This document shows positions 21,936-31,427 of a DNA stretch of 64,000 nucleotides, in pieces. Origin of the DNA: an uncultured virus (IMG/VR IMGVR_UViG_3300025759_000060) (Duplodnaviria; Heunggongvirae; Uroviricota; Caudoviricetes); IMG/VR virus record IMGVR_UViG_3300025759_000060; one strand, 5' to 3'. A program made the position numbers and the translations under genes. Numbering within the stretch: the first letter of the stretch is position 1; every line of letters begins with the position of its first letter. The notes beneath the pieces are model-generated. The model was not told the DNA's origin, ran no database searches, and worked only from the letters and a program-made list of their open reading frames with translations.

Positions 21936-22381
21936 GATTTATTTCCTAAAATAGTATTTACTATTCCAACTAAATCTTTATTTGTATTAATTGGAGTTTT
22001 ACTTGTTACTCTATAAAAATTCTTATAGCTATCCTCGTCACTAGCAATTGTAGGTATGTTTTCTGTGCTTAATAATTCTAGCATTTTTAAAACATTATAG
22101 TTATACCAACCAAAGCAATAATACTGCTTATAATTGTTTATATATTTTATTGATTTTTCTAGTGAGGGCAAGCTAAATACTAGTAGGCTTCCTGTAAAAT
22201 TCCATAAGTCAGTAGCGTTAAAAAATCCAGCATTAACTGGTAAATTAACTGGCCCGATATCATCATAGAAAATACTAACGTCTTTTAATAAGTTTTCTGA
22301 TTTAGCCCTATTAATTTCTTGAGAAACAAGGGGCATCAATGGACTATCGAGCCGTTCTAAATAAATACCTAAATTTAACAT
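21932..22381 (-). CDS. Hypothetical protein (glycosyltransferase cluster)
   Basis: 149-aa coupled ORF. Confidence 0.5.
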   Translation of the reverse strand: MLNLGIYLERLDSPLMPLVSQEINRAKSENLLKDVSIFYDDIGPVNLPVNAGFFNATDLWNFTGSLLVFSLPSLEKSIKYINNYKQYYCFGWYNYNVLKMLELLSTENIPTIASDEDSYKNFYRVTSKTPINTNKDLVGIVNTILGNKS

Positions 22382-23218
22382 CTACGCTCCTTTTATTTGT
22401 GACAAGATTGTTTTAGCCCTATTATTCCCCGTATGATTTTCTTTTACAATACTTACAATGTCTTTAAAATCGGTAATTTTGTTTTCGTCGTTATAGTTTA
22501 CGTTAAATTCTTTCTTGAGCATTTTATTTAATGTTTCTTGTATCTTGCTACCGTCTTCGTTGTCGTAGTATGTTGGCACACCGCTGCAAAGAGCGTTTAA
22601 AAACGTTTGATTTATTTTTTGTAAATCCTTGAAAATAATTTCATTGTACTTTGGAAATAAAGATCTTAATGATATTGATGGTAAGAATATGTCTACGTTT
22701 TCTTGCTTTACTTTATTTCCAATTCCGATTACGTGAAAGCTACCTTCATAGCCTATATTTTCATGTATTTTATCTATAATTATAGCTTTTCCTACATTGT
22801 AGTTGAAATGTAAGTCTTCTATTTGGTTAACATCTGCTGCCTGATAAACTTTGACTACGTTTAAACGATCAATACTTCTTGGAAAGCTTTCTTCTGACGT
22901 AAAAAGAAAACCTACTTCCACATTGTTTTCTTTTAAGAATGATGCAAGTTCTTTTGTATTATCTAAATTTAAGTTATCTACATTAATTATTAACTTTAAA
23001 TTAGATTGCTGTAAATACTCAATTACACCTTTATTTATTCTGTTCGCAGAAATTATTAGAATGTCTGGATTTACAGTGTCGCATACATCAAAAACGCTAT
23101 TACTAGCTACGTCAAAAACATGAGATTCGTGACCAAAGGTTTTAAAGCCTTCGTTTAAATATAGCGATTGACTGTTGTTGTGATCAGAGTAATTATCAAT
23201 TAGTATTTTCATAAACAA
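22382..23218 (-). CDS. Degenerate GT-B/CgeB-like glycosyltransferase-related protein
   Basis: N-terminal Rossmann-like MKILID, NPDILII; C-terminal ALCSGVP..ENHTGNNRAKTIL. Confidence 0.45.
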   Translation of the reverse strand: MFMKILIDNYSDHNNSQSLYLNEGFKTFGHESHVFDVASNSVFDVCDTVNPDILIISANRINKGVIEYLQQSNLKLIINVDNLNLDNTKELASFLKENNVEVGFLFTSEESFPRSIDRLNVVKVYQAADVNQIEDLHFNYNVGKAIIIDKIHENIGYEGSFHVIGIGNKVKQENVDIFLPSISLRSLFPKYNEIIFKDLQKINQTFLNALCSGVPTYYDNEDGSKIQETLNKMLKKEFNVNYNDENKITDFKDIVSIVKENHTGNNRAKTILSQIKGA

Positions 23219-23952
23219 TCTCTCAGTTTCTGGTAAGTTTTTACATTGTTAATTTTCTGTACGGGGTGCATATTTTGTATAACTTCTATATTATGTTTGG
23301 TTTTAATTAATTCATTAAAGGCTTCAAATAAAAATCTCTGTTTATAATTATCATTAGATATTACCTTTCTTAAATATTCTATAGTTTCATAACTGTTAAA
23401 AAAAATAATTTCAGACCAAGTGTAGTATGCGCCAAAACCAAAATGTTCTGCAAAGTTTTTAGATCCGGTGTTTACTCCTATTTCAAGGTCGTCGTTTTTA
23501 TCTATCTCTGTCATAACATATGAACTGTGACTACCGTTTAGAGATTTAAAAGTTTTAGAATCTATTATTAGACTACCATCGCATATAATAATCTTCTCGT
23601 TGTTTATATTATTTAAGCATAGCCTTACGCTCTCGCAAGAGTTGGATTTGTCAAATATTTGATTCTCTATAATCCTAATATTAATATTTCTGTATTTATT
23701 TTTAACATATTTGCAAACCCTGTCAGAGTCATATCCAACGCATAAAACTATTTCAAAATTTTTAAACACACTTTTAATTGCGTTAATCTGGATATCAATT
23801 AATCTTTTTGTTTTAAAAGGTATTAATGGTATTGCTCCATAGGATTTCATTCTATAGCCGGGACTATCGCAAAGAAAAACTATTGTAATTAATGAATCAG
23901 GCATTGTCGGTTTAAATCTAGGCGATGTTATACATTGCTTTTTTACAGACAT
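23209..23952 (-). CDS. Sugar-phosphate nucleotidyltransferase-like protein (LicC/NTP_transferase fold)
   Basis: PGYRMKSYGAIPLI, EIVLCVGY, IIICDG motifs. Confidence 0.65.
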   Translation of the reverse strand: MSVKKQCITSPRFKPTMPDSLITIVFLCDSPGYRMKSYGAIPLIPFKTKRLIDIQINAIKSVFKNFEIVLCVGYDSDRVCKYVKNKYRNINIRIIENQIFDKSNSCESVRLCLNNINNEKIIICDGSLIIDSKTFKSLNGSHSSYVMTEIDKNDDLEIGVNTGSKNFAEHFGFGAYYTWSEIIFFNSYETIEYLRKVISNDNYKQRFLFEAFNELIKTKHNIEVIQNMHPVQKINNVKTYQKLRDCL

Positions 23953-24659
23953 GAATACAATTCTTTCTCTTTAGAGAATTTAATTACATTATCAATATTT
24001 TTAGCGTACTCTGCATTTTCATCGTTAAGGCTTTGCACCTTATAAGCTAGATTAGAAATAAACAATTCTTCGTCGCATTCTACTACAATTGCTTTTGTCA
24101 TTTCGTTATTAATTAAGTTATTTACTTTTTCTAGAACATTTTCATTTTTTACTGCGTCTAAAATAACATGGAAAGACTTTCTTGTTTTTAAAAGTATAGA
24201 ATGCATTGTCGTGTTGAAATCAATGTATTGAGTCACGGGGCAGTCTATATTAAACTTACTAATAATTTTTCTGGAAAAATCTAGAATTTTATATTTTTCA
24301 TGTAGATCATTACTCGATTTATGTATTAGTCGAACATTAAACTTACCCTTGTAATTTAATAATTTTAGTATTGATTCTTGATCTAGATTTGAAATATCAG
24401 AACACTCTATAAACAAGTCAAAAGATAGAGAAGATTGCTCGTTTGCAATTAATAATTCTTGATTTAAATCTTCATGCGTTTTTTGATTTCTATATAAGTT
24501 ACAAAGTCTACCAATTACGTAAAATTCTTTTTCATCATCGTAAGCTTCTATGATTTCTTTTGCTTCTTTAAATTTTTCTAGTCTGTTTGCAAAACATCCC
24601 ACTTGCGTGTCACCCTCGTAGACTGCAAATATGCATTCTTTGCAGGAAGTTTCAACCAT
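23943..24659 (-). CDS. Hypothetical protein with Cys-rich N-terminus
   Basis: CKECIFA..C..C; coupled ORF. Confidence 0.5.
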   Translation of the reverse strand: MVETSCKECIFAVYEGDTQVGCFANRLEKFKEAKEIIEAYDDEKEFYVIGRLCNLYRNQKTHEDLNQELLIANEQSSLSFDLFIECSDISNLDQESILKLLNYKGKFNVRLIHKSSNDLHEKYKILDFSRKIISKFNIDCPVTQYIDFNTTMHSILLKTRKSFHVILDAVKNENVLEKVNNLINNEMTKAIVVECDEELFISNLAYKVQSLNDENAEYAKNIDNVIKFSKEKELYSCL

Positions 24660-25074
24660 TTTGTCTGATGGCTTTGATTTCATATGTCGTTCCTTTGATT
24701 ACCGAGGTATCAATCAATACTCCAAGAGATTTTAGAATTTTTTCTACTTCACAGCAATTTTGTAAAGAGCTTACATCTTTAAGTACTGCGCTGAATTGTT
24801 TTGAGTCTATGCTGTCGTTTACAAAAAGCGTACAACAAGATCTTAAATCAGTGCCATTTACTGAAAGCTTACCATTTAATCTTAGTTTTTGAACAGCAAG
24901 TGAAAGTACTTTTAATGATTCTTCATACTCCATTCTGTCAATACACTCTGTAATGTATATTTCTTCTGATGAGTGGTCAGTCACTTCCTGTAGTGCAGCT
25001 AATCCATATTTTGTTTCAATTACTTCAAACCCTTCAACCCCGTTTGTATTTTCATAACATATTTGTATTTTCAT
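24652..25074 (-). CDS. SAM-methyltransferase-like (degenerate) protein
   Basis: SSEEIYITECID..KLRLNGKL pattern typical of class I MTase C-terminal strands. Confidence 0.4.
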   Translation of the reverse strand: MKIQICYENTNGVEGFEVIETKYGLAALQEVTDHSSEEIYITECIDRMEYEESLKVLSLAVQKLRLNGKLSVNGTDLRSCCTLFVNDSIDSKQFSAVLKDVSSLQNCCEVEKILKSLGVLIDTSVIKGTTYEIKAIRQNG

Positions 25075-25076
25075 TT

Positions 25077-26066
25077 TTATTTAGCCTCATAAATTTCATC
25101 AAAAGTTTCGTTCCAGTTTTTAATAAATTGTTCCTCTGAAAATAATTCTTTAATTGTTTTCCTAGCATTTTCCCCCAAGTTCTTTCTTAGATCTTGGTCT
25201 TTTAAAAGAGTTTTCACATACATTTTTAATTCTTCTTCGTCATTAGATACATATCCGTTCTTCCCATTGTCTATCACCTCTGGAATCATACAGGTCGAGG
25301 TTGAAACAATCGCGCAACCGCAACTCATAGCCTCTAGTAATGACATTGGTATTGGACTAAGGGTAGTAGTATTTAAATAAACAGAGCATTTATTATACTC
25401 TTCTACTAATTCATTTACATCTTTGCAATTTTTTGTACCATCTCCGTTGCCCTCTCCTACTAATTTTGTTTTTAACCCTTGTGTAACTCTTTCCCAGCCA
25501 GAGTAATTTAAACAGTAATCTCTTTCTTTAAACTTATTCGCTACTGTTAAAACATAATCTTCTTTTTCGACTTCTTTCTGGCAAAATATATCAGTGTCAA
25601 GTCCGTGATGAATAACTTTAGAGTTTTCTAAAATTCCCCATTGCTGTCTAGAAAAATCTGATATAAAAACATTTTTGTTTCCAACCATCTTTTTCATTTG
25701 TTCTATATGCTCTGTCTTAATAGTTTGTGGTGTTGGCAAGGTGTGTTCTAAAACAATTACCTTCATGGGAAATTTCTGTAAAATATCCATAGCGACTTGG
25801 TATTGCCAGTATTTACTTTGAATCAACATAAAATCATATTCTATAAAACTAACCATTTGGTTTTTGGGCAATATATAATAATTCTCTGGAACTTTTGCTT
25901 GCTCTTTATTCCAAGTCTTGTTATTATCTAAACTAAAAGAATAAAAATTATGCCCAGTTTTACACAGTTGAGTTTCATATCTTTCGTGAGTAGGAAAAGT
26001 AAGAATATTATATTTTTCCTTTTTGTTTGAATTGCAGGATTCAATAATTTTTTGTACACTATTCAC
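25077..26066 (-). CDS. GT4-family glycosyltransferase
   Basis: PMSLLEAMSCGCAIVST..PEVIDNGKNG. Confidence 0.85.
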   Translation of the reverse strand: MNSVQKIIESCNSNKKEKYNILTFPTHERYETQLCKTGHNFYSFSLDNNKTWNKEQAKVPENYYILPKNQMVSFIEYDFMLIQSKYWQYQVAMDILQKFPMKVIVLEHTLPTPQTIKTEHIEQMKKMVGNKNVFISDFSRQQWGILENSKVIHHGLDTDIFCQKEVEKEDYVLTVANKFKERDYCLNYSGWERVTQGLKTKLVGEGNGDGTKNCKDVNELVEEYNKCSVYLNTTTLSPIPMSLLEAMSCGCAIVSTSTCMIPEVIDNGKNGYVSNDEEELKMYVKTLLKDQDLRKNLGENARKTIKELFSEEQFIKNWNETFDEIYEAK

Positions 26067-27174
26067 TTAAGTAGTCCTTTATTTTGTTAGCAATGTTCTC
26101 ATAACTAAATTGTTTGGCACGTTCTAAACCAGATGCGCGATCAATATTATCTCTGTTCTCGTAATAATATCTCATTTGTTTTTTAGTTTCTGATTCACTA
26201 GGCTCAAACCATTCTTCTCTACCAGTAAAAATGTGAGGAAATGCAGCGTCTGGACAGTTGCATACATTATAAATACCGTTGATTAAAGATCCAGTGTTTA
26301 CATCAGAAGCATCTATAAAATCTTTAGGACCACCTTCATTGCTACATATCGGAGTATTACCAAAAGCCATTGCGTCAAAAGCTGGTATAGACCACGCTTC
26401 TCCATGAGAAATAGTAATAAAGCAATCACATCTTTGATGTATAGAATTAATTTGATCCGACGTTAAATCTTCAGTTACAACTATTTCTGAACAAAATTTT
26501 TCTAGGCTTGGTTTAGTTCTTATGGTTTTTTTTATACTTGTAGAGTTATCTGTATATATTTTTCTAAGCTGTTCTTTAGTAGTGCCAAACTTATTAATCT
26601 TTACTAGCAAAGCCACTTTTTCGTCGTTGCAAAACTCGCTATGAAAAGATTTAATTATAGAGTCTATATTCTTTCTACTATTGTAGTCTCCAATGTAGTA
26701 AAATATAAATTTGTCTTTCATGTCTTGTAGATTAATTTTTTCATACTCTTTAGAGTATACTGATAAATCAAAACAATGCGGAACAATTTTACAATTTTTT
26801 ATACCAGCATCGCTTACCACCTTGTGCAAAGTTTTATTAGCAACCCATACTTCGTCTACTAGGCGTAAATTATTTGTCCACTCATTTTGTTTCATGTTAT
26901 TCGTTTCATATTCAAAATAAGCTACGTTTTTCTTGAATTTAGTTGTAGAAACCAAATGATGTGGCAATACGTGTTGTATACAATAATCTACATTATCTAA
27001 AGATTTATTTTCTAGTTCTATAACCCGCTGTGGAATATCTACGTACTTGTTTGTTAAAGAAACATTTCTGCAAACAACATCTATGCCTATAGAATCTAAA
27101 GCTTGAATAAAATCTATTGAAGCTTTTGCCCAACCACCACCTTCTCTGTAATGTCCTATGAATAATACTTTCAT
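26059..27174 (-). CDS. GT4-family glycosyltransferase
   Basis: RKN; SHGEAWSIPAFDAMAFGNTPI. Confidence 0.85.
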   Translation of the reverse strand: MKVLFIGHYREGGGWAKASIDFIQALDSIGIDVVCRNVSLTNKYVDIPQRVIELENKSLDNVDYCIQHVLPHHLVSTTKFKKNVAYFEYETNNMKQNEWTNNLRLVDEVWVANKTLHKVVSDAGIKNCKIVPHCFDLSVYSKEYEKINLQDMKDKFIFYYIGDYNSRKNIDSIIKSFHSEFCNDEKVALLVKINKFGTTKEQLRKIYTDNSTSIKKTIRTKPSLEKFCSEIVVTEDLTSDQINSIHQRCDCFITISHGEAWSIPAFDAMAFGNTPICSNEGGPKDFIDASDVNTGSLINGIYNVCNCPDAAFPHIFTGREEWFEPSESETKKQMRYYYENRDNIDRASGLERAKQFSYENIANKIKDYLSE

Positions 27175-28829
27175 CTTAATCCAAAAGCCTCCGCTCTTTT
27201 TTGTTCCCAATAATTTTTTCTATTACGCAGCGCTGCCATGTTATTGTAAGCATCTTTGATTCCAAACTGCTGTCTAGTATTTCTACCGTCAAAACTTGCA
27301 GACATCTCATTGTAGTACATCCCGCCAGTTGTAGCTGTAGAACACTCATATATTAAATCTCTTACAAGTCTTGCCTCCATAAATGAATGAATTTTACTTG
27401 GCTCCTTTAGGACATTTGTTATTAACCATCTAGCTAATTCTGAATGTTTAACATTCGGAGGTAATTCTTCAGGCATGGGGTCTGGTCTTTGTATGTCTAT
27501 TGGAGACATCCAAGTTTCACTGGATGGTTTTACTTCTACCGTGTCAAAGTAACTTTCCCACACTCTACCAGATTTATCCCACTGGAAATGTTCTAGAAAA
27601 TTATTTCTAGTTTTAAATCCTTGTTGTTTTCTTATTTCTTGCGGTAAATCAAAAAATTCTTTAAACAATTTAGCTGCTAATTTATTATCAGGCACAGCCC
27701 TTAAACATCCAGTTTCTAATTCTTTATACAAAGCCTTGGGAGTAATTGCAGTTCCTTCAAGCTGTCTAATTACGCTTTCCATAGCTGAGTAGTCTGTAGC
27801 CATAACAGGAATTCCACACGCAGCAGCCTCTACTTGTGGTAGACCAAAGCCTTCGCAGTTAGCATATTGAACGTAAAGATCAAACAAATTTATAATAGTA
27901 GATAAATCTTGATAATCTAAACCGTTCTTTACATTAGATAGTGTAGAACCCCACTTGCCAGTATATGGAGACTGAGATGAAGCCCCTTTGAAAAGAGAAG
28001 GAAATGGCTTCTTAGTTTCTGGACACACATAAGTAAATAGAACGTGAGATGATAGTTGATGTTGCTGTAAAAGCTCTGGTATTTCCCACCCCAAGTCTGG
28101 ATAACTTGTATGACAATACAACATATATTCATTTGGGTTTTCAGACTGGTCTAAAAATAATCTAAAAGCTTCAAATAGGTCTGGATATAATTTTCTTCTT
28201 TGGTTTCGCATCACAGTTCCAATAATTTTTTTATCTGGATCTATGCCAAACATTTTTCTTATCGCCAAGCCATTTTTTGGTTCATACGCTGGATGAGCAG
28301 ATGGAGGTGCAGAGCCAATATAATTAATCTTACCACCTGATTGATCCTTTAAAACCTCTCCAGCCCAATTAGAGTAACTTAAACAAGCATCTGCTGAAGC
28401 ATATGTAGCTATCCACTGCCTTGCTTGGGGACGAGCATCTACAGTAGGCATAATACACCACTTAAAAAAGTCTCTATAAGGAGACCTTTCTGCAAAGTCT
28501 AACATCCAAAAATCTCTAATGTCACACACTATATCTGGTTGAAAATCTAAACAGATTCTTTCAAAAGCATGTTCTCCAAATTGCTTTACAGGGTTAGAGT
28601 TATAATCTCTTTTTTCTTCTTCGCTAGCTCCATCTGGAGGCATTACACCATAGAACTTCCAAGGGATTCCAGTAGCTCTTGGATCATTGTCTTGAGCGTA
28701 TGCAGCTAGTTCTGCTAGTTCGTACTTGTTTGTTGAATGTAAATAATTTAATATTTCTCTAGTATAAGTAGAATATCCAGTATTGAGAAATGTGGCCTCT
28801 GTGCAAAATATAATTCTTTTTTTTCTCAT
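27171..28829 (-). CDS. GT4-family glycosyltransferase
   Basis: RNQRRK; EGFGLPQVEAAACGIPV. Confidence 0.85.
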   Translation of the reverse strand: MRKKRIIFCTEATFLNTGYSTYTREILNYLHSTNKYELAELAAYAQDNDPRATGIPWKFYGVMPPDGASEEEKRDYNSNPVKQFGEHAFERICLDFQPDIVCDIRDFWMLDFAERSPYRDFFKWCIMPTVDARPQARQWIATYASADACLSYSNWAGEVLKDQSGGKINYIGSAPPSAHPAYEPKNGLAIRKMFGIDPDKKIIGTVMRNQRRKLYPDLFEAFRLFLDQSENPNEYMLYCHTSYPDLGWEIPELLQQHQLSSHVLFTYVCPETKKPFPSLFKGASSQSPYTGKWGSTLSNVKNGLDYQDLSTIINLFDLYVQYANCEGFGLPQVEAAACGIPVMATDYSAMESVIRQLEGTAITPKALYKELETGCLRAVPDNKLAAKLFKEFFDLPQEIRKQQGFKTRNNFLEHFQWDKSGRVWESYFDTVEVKPSSETWMSPIDIQRPDPMPEELPPNVKHSELARWLITNVLKEPSKIHSFMEARLVRDLIYECSTATTGGMYYNEMSASFDGRNTRQQFGIKDAYNNMAALRNRKNYWEQKRAEAFGLR

Positions 28830-29143
28830 TCGTCTACATACTCCTGATTACAAATATCAAATTCATTTATTCTAAATATAATTCTGTCGTCATCTTTAGA
28901 TTTGTTTTTTGCGGAAGCCTGTATAGTCATTTTACTACCTTTAGTAGCAAACCTTTCAATTGTTTCTGCTCCAGTATGCCATGCTTCACACTGTAAGTAT
29001 GTGGGTATTCTACTTTTTTCACCCGTGCTTTTAGCTCTTCTGTAATTATAGACTACTAGCGTAAATTCAGCTAGTACTATGTCTCCAACCATAGTGGTGC
29101 GTGGATTTTCTACAAGATATCCAGTGAGGCAGCAATTGTTCAT
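28826..29143 (-). CDS. ssb: Single-stranded DNA-binding protein (OB fold)
   Basis: MNNCCLTGYLVENP..CEAW..KGSKM; AGGAGAG RBS. Confidence 0.75.
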   Translation of the reverse strand: MNNCCLTGYLVENPRTTMVGDIVLAEFTLVVYNYRRAKSTGEKSRIPTYLQCEAWHTGAETIERFATKGSKMTIQASAKNKSKDDDRIIFRINEFDICNQEYVDE

Positions 29144-29191
29144 ATTCTCTCCTATCCTAGTATATTAGCTTGTACAGCTAAAAAAAACCAT

Positions 29192-30769
29192 TTAAATTTC
29201 ATGAATTTTATCTACTATAAGTGATGTTTCATGTTTTGCTACAGAGCCACAGAAAATAAGGTTATTACCTTCATATAAAACATATTTATATTTTTGCCTA
29301 ATTTTTGGAAATACTACAACGCTGTCTAATGAACATGTGTCATCTTCAATAGTTAAAAAGGCCATCATTTGACCTTTTGAATCACCTTTACTTATCGTAT
29401 AGTCAGCAATTCTTTGTACATTACCTACCACGCAAAGGTTTTTCCCCTTCTTGCCATTGACAATTTCTTTGCACGTAGTGTTTGCAGCAGATTTATCCGC
29501 TGCGTCTATTTTAGTCATTGTAATTGGACACCCTAAAAATCTAGCTTCTTGATCTATAATCCAACCGGGATCGTCATCTAGGCTAAAAGGAGGGTCTAGC
29601 AGAAGTTGTATCTCATTTTCTACAACTTGCCTTCTTGCTATTTTACTAGTGCCACCACCTTCTTTCTTCGTTGGTGCTAGTGATTTTAAACAGTCTACAA
29701 AATCTGTCCATTTGTTATCTTTATAGTTTGTTTGTATCCAAGTTTGTTCTGCTTTAGTTAAAGTTCTGTATATCTCATAATCATATATGGCTTTATTTCT
29801 TGTGATTCTACCATCAAAGTCTCTAAAAAAGCCTACAGAAGCTAAAGCCTTGAAAGCTGTTGATGAAACCTTGGGAGCAAAGAACAATAGTATTTCTACC
29901 CAAGTAAATTTAGTTATCAGTTTTTTACATTCTGATTCTACTTCTTTTATACCATCAATAACTTTGTCGCCAGTTTTACCTGTTAATGATTTAATATCTT
30001 TTATACCAAAGTATATCTTACCCTTTTTAACATTAAACTTAGTATCAAAATTAGCTAGGCTAGGAGTTCTTGCTTCAATGTCAAATAGCTTTGCTTCAGA
30101 CAACAATTCATATACTTCCCTGTGAGGGTCTTGCTTTTCGTTAGCATAGTATAAATATGATAAGAAAAATTGTTCTGTGTTATGAGACTTTTGAAAGGCG
30201 CTCCAGTATGAACAAACAGCGTATGAAATGCTGTGTGATTTATTGAAAGCATACCTAGCAGATGCTTGAATCCAGCCAAATATTTCTTCTGCTTCTTCTT
30301 TATTTACTGTTCCAACTTTTTTTGCACCAGCAATAAATTTTTTCTTAACCTTCGCCATGAGGTCTGCTTTTTTCTTACCAATAGCTTTACGTAGTTCATC
30401 TGCTTCCTCAAGATTAAATCCAGCAATTTTTTGCGCAATACGCATAGACTGTTCTTGATAAACTAGAACTCCATAGGTTGGAGCTAAAATTTCCTCTAAA
30501 GAGTCATGTAGATAGGTGACTTCTTCTCGACCATGCTTACGGTCGATAAAGTGTTGAGTCATAGACTTACCATCCACGAAAGCTTTTAAACATCCGGGCC
30601 GTATAATAGCAATTAATGCTGACAATTCTTCAATATTGTTTGGAGAAAGCTTCTTTGACCAAGATTTACCAAGATTGCTCTCTAGCTGGAATATCCCTTT
30701 GGTTTTTCCGTCAGAAAATAATTGCCAAGTTTTCTTGTCGTCGTACTTATTTGACGTATAAATTTCCAT
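29192..30769 (-). CDS. dnaE: DNA polymerase III alpha, C-terminal half (fingers/HhH/OB)
   Basis: GIFQLES, IIRPG, TYGVLVYQEQ, ADELRKAIGKKK, YAFNKSHS, OB MAFLTIED. Confidence 0.92.
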   Translation of the reverse strand: MEIYTSNKYDDKKTWQLFSDGKTKGIFQLESNLGKSWSKKLSPNNIEELSALIAIIRPGCLKAFVDGKSMTQHFIDRKHGREEVTYLHDSLEEILAPTYGVLVYQEQSMRIAQKIAGFNLEEADELRKAIGKKKADLMAKVKKKFIAGAKKVGTVNKEEAEEIFGWIQASARYAFNKSHSISYAVCSYWSAFQKSHNTEQFFLSYLYYANEKQDPHREVYELLSEAKLFDIEARTPSLANFDTKFNVKKGKIYFGIKDIKSLTGKTGDKVIDGIKEVESECKKLITKFTWVEILLFFAPKVSSTAFKALASVGFFRDFDGRITRNKAIYDYEIYRTLTKAEQTWIQTNYKDNKWTDFVDCLKSLAPTKKEGGGTSKIARRQVVENEIQLLLDPPFSLDDDPGWIIDQEARFLGCPITMTKIDAADKSAANTTCKEIVNGKKGKNLCVVGNVQRIADYTISKGDSKGQMMAFLTIEDDTCSLDSVVVFPKIRQKYKYVLYEGNNLIFCGSVAKHETSLIVDKIHEI

Positions 30770-31427
30770 TTGCAAATGCCTTATCTAGTTCAATGTTCTG
30801 GTAGACCGCTCTGTGAGTCTTCAATAGTTTTATAAATATATTGGCTGTATCCTTAACGTCCTGCAATGCATCGTGGGCATTTTCTTTAGACAATCCCATA
30901 CGTTCTCGCAGAGTATCCATACTGATTGATCGTATGCTGGGATCTCCTTCAGTCCACATATGCATATTGTCCATGACATCACATTTATGGATCTTGCTAA
31001 AGATCTTTTGTTGATTTCTACCTTCGTCAAATGGACCATACTCTTGGCATAATCTATTGATAATAATCATATCAAACCCAATAATATTAAAGCCTACTGG
31101 AATAGGATTAAAGAAGGGGTCTTTTTTCCAATTATACTTGTCTACAAATGAGCAGAACTTTTTCCACACTGATTTTAATGTGGGAGCTTTAGCTAAATCT
31201 TTCCTATTCTTCCCCGTGACTTTTAGCGCTCCGTCCTCAATTGGATCTAATCCAGCGGCGATTGCGGCTTCATCATTTAGAATAGGTCTAATTTCGCTGT
31301 TAAAAGTTCCTTTCATAGACAAGTTTCTTCCGTCTAATGCTAACGCAGCAATTTGAGTCGGTTGTGTCTTATGAGGATTGCGGCTTCCTGTTTCAAAATC
31401 AAATACAATATAGTCTCTATTCGCCAT
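30747..31427 (-). CDS. DEDDh 3'-5' exonuclease (DnaQ/epsilon-like)
   Basis: VFDFETG (ExoI), GFNIIGFD (ExoII), HDALQDV (ExoIII). Confidence 0.88.
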   Translation of the reverse strand: MANRDYIVFDFETGSRNPHKTQPTQIAALALDGRNLSMKGTFNSEIRPILNDEAAIAAGLDPIEDGALKVTGKNRKDLAKAPTLKSVWKKFCSFVDKYNWKKDPFFNPIPVGFNIIGFDMIIINRLCQEYGPFDEGRNQQKIFSKIHKCDVMDNMHMWTEGDPSIRSISMDTLRERMGLSKENAHDALQDVKDTANIFIKLLKTHRAVYQNIELDKAFANGNLYVK

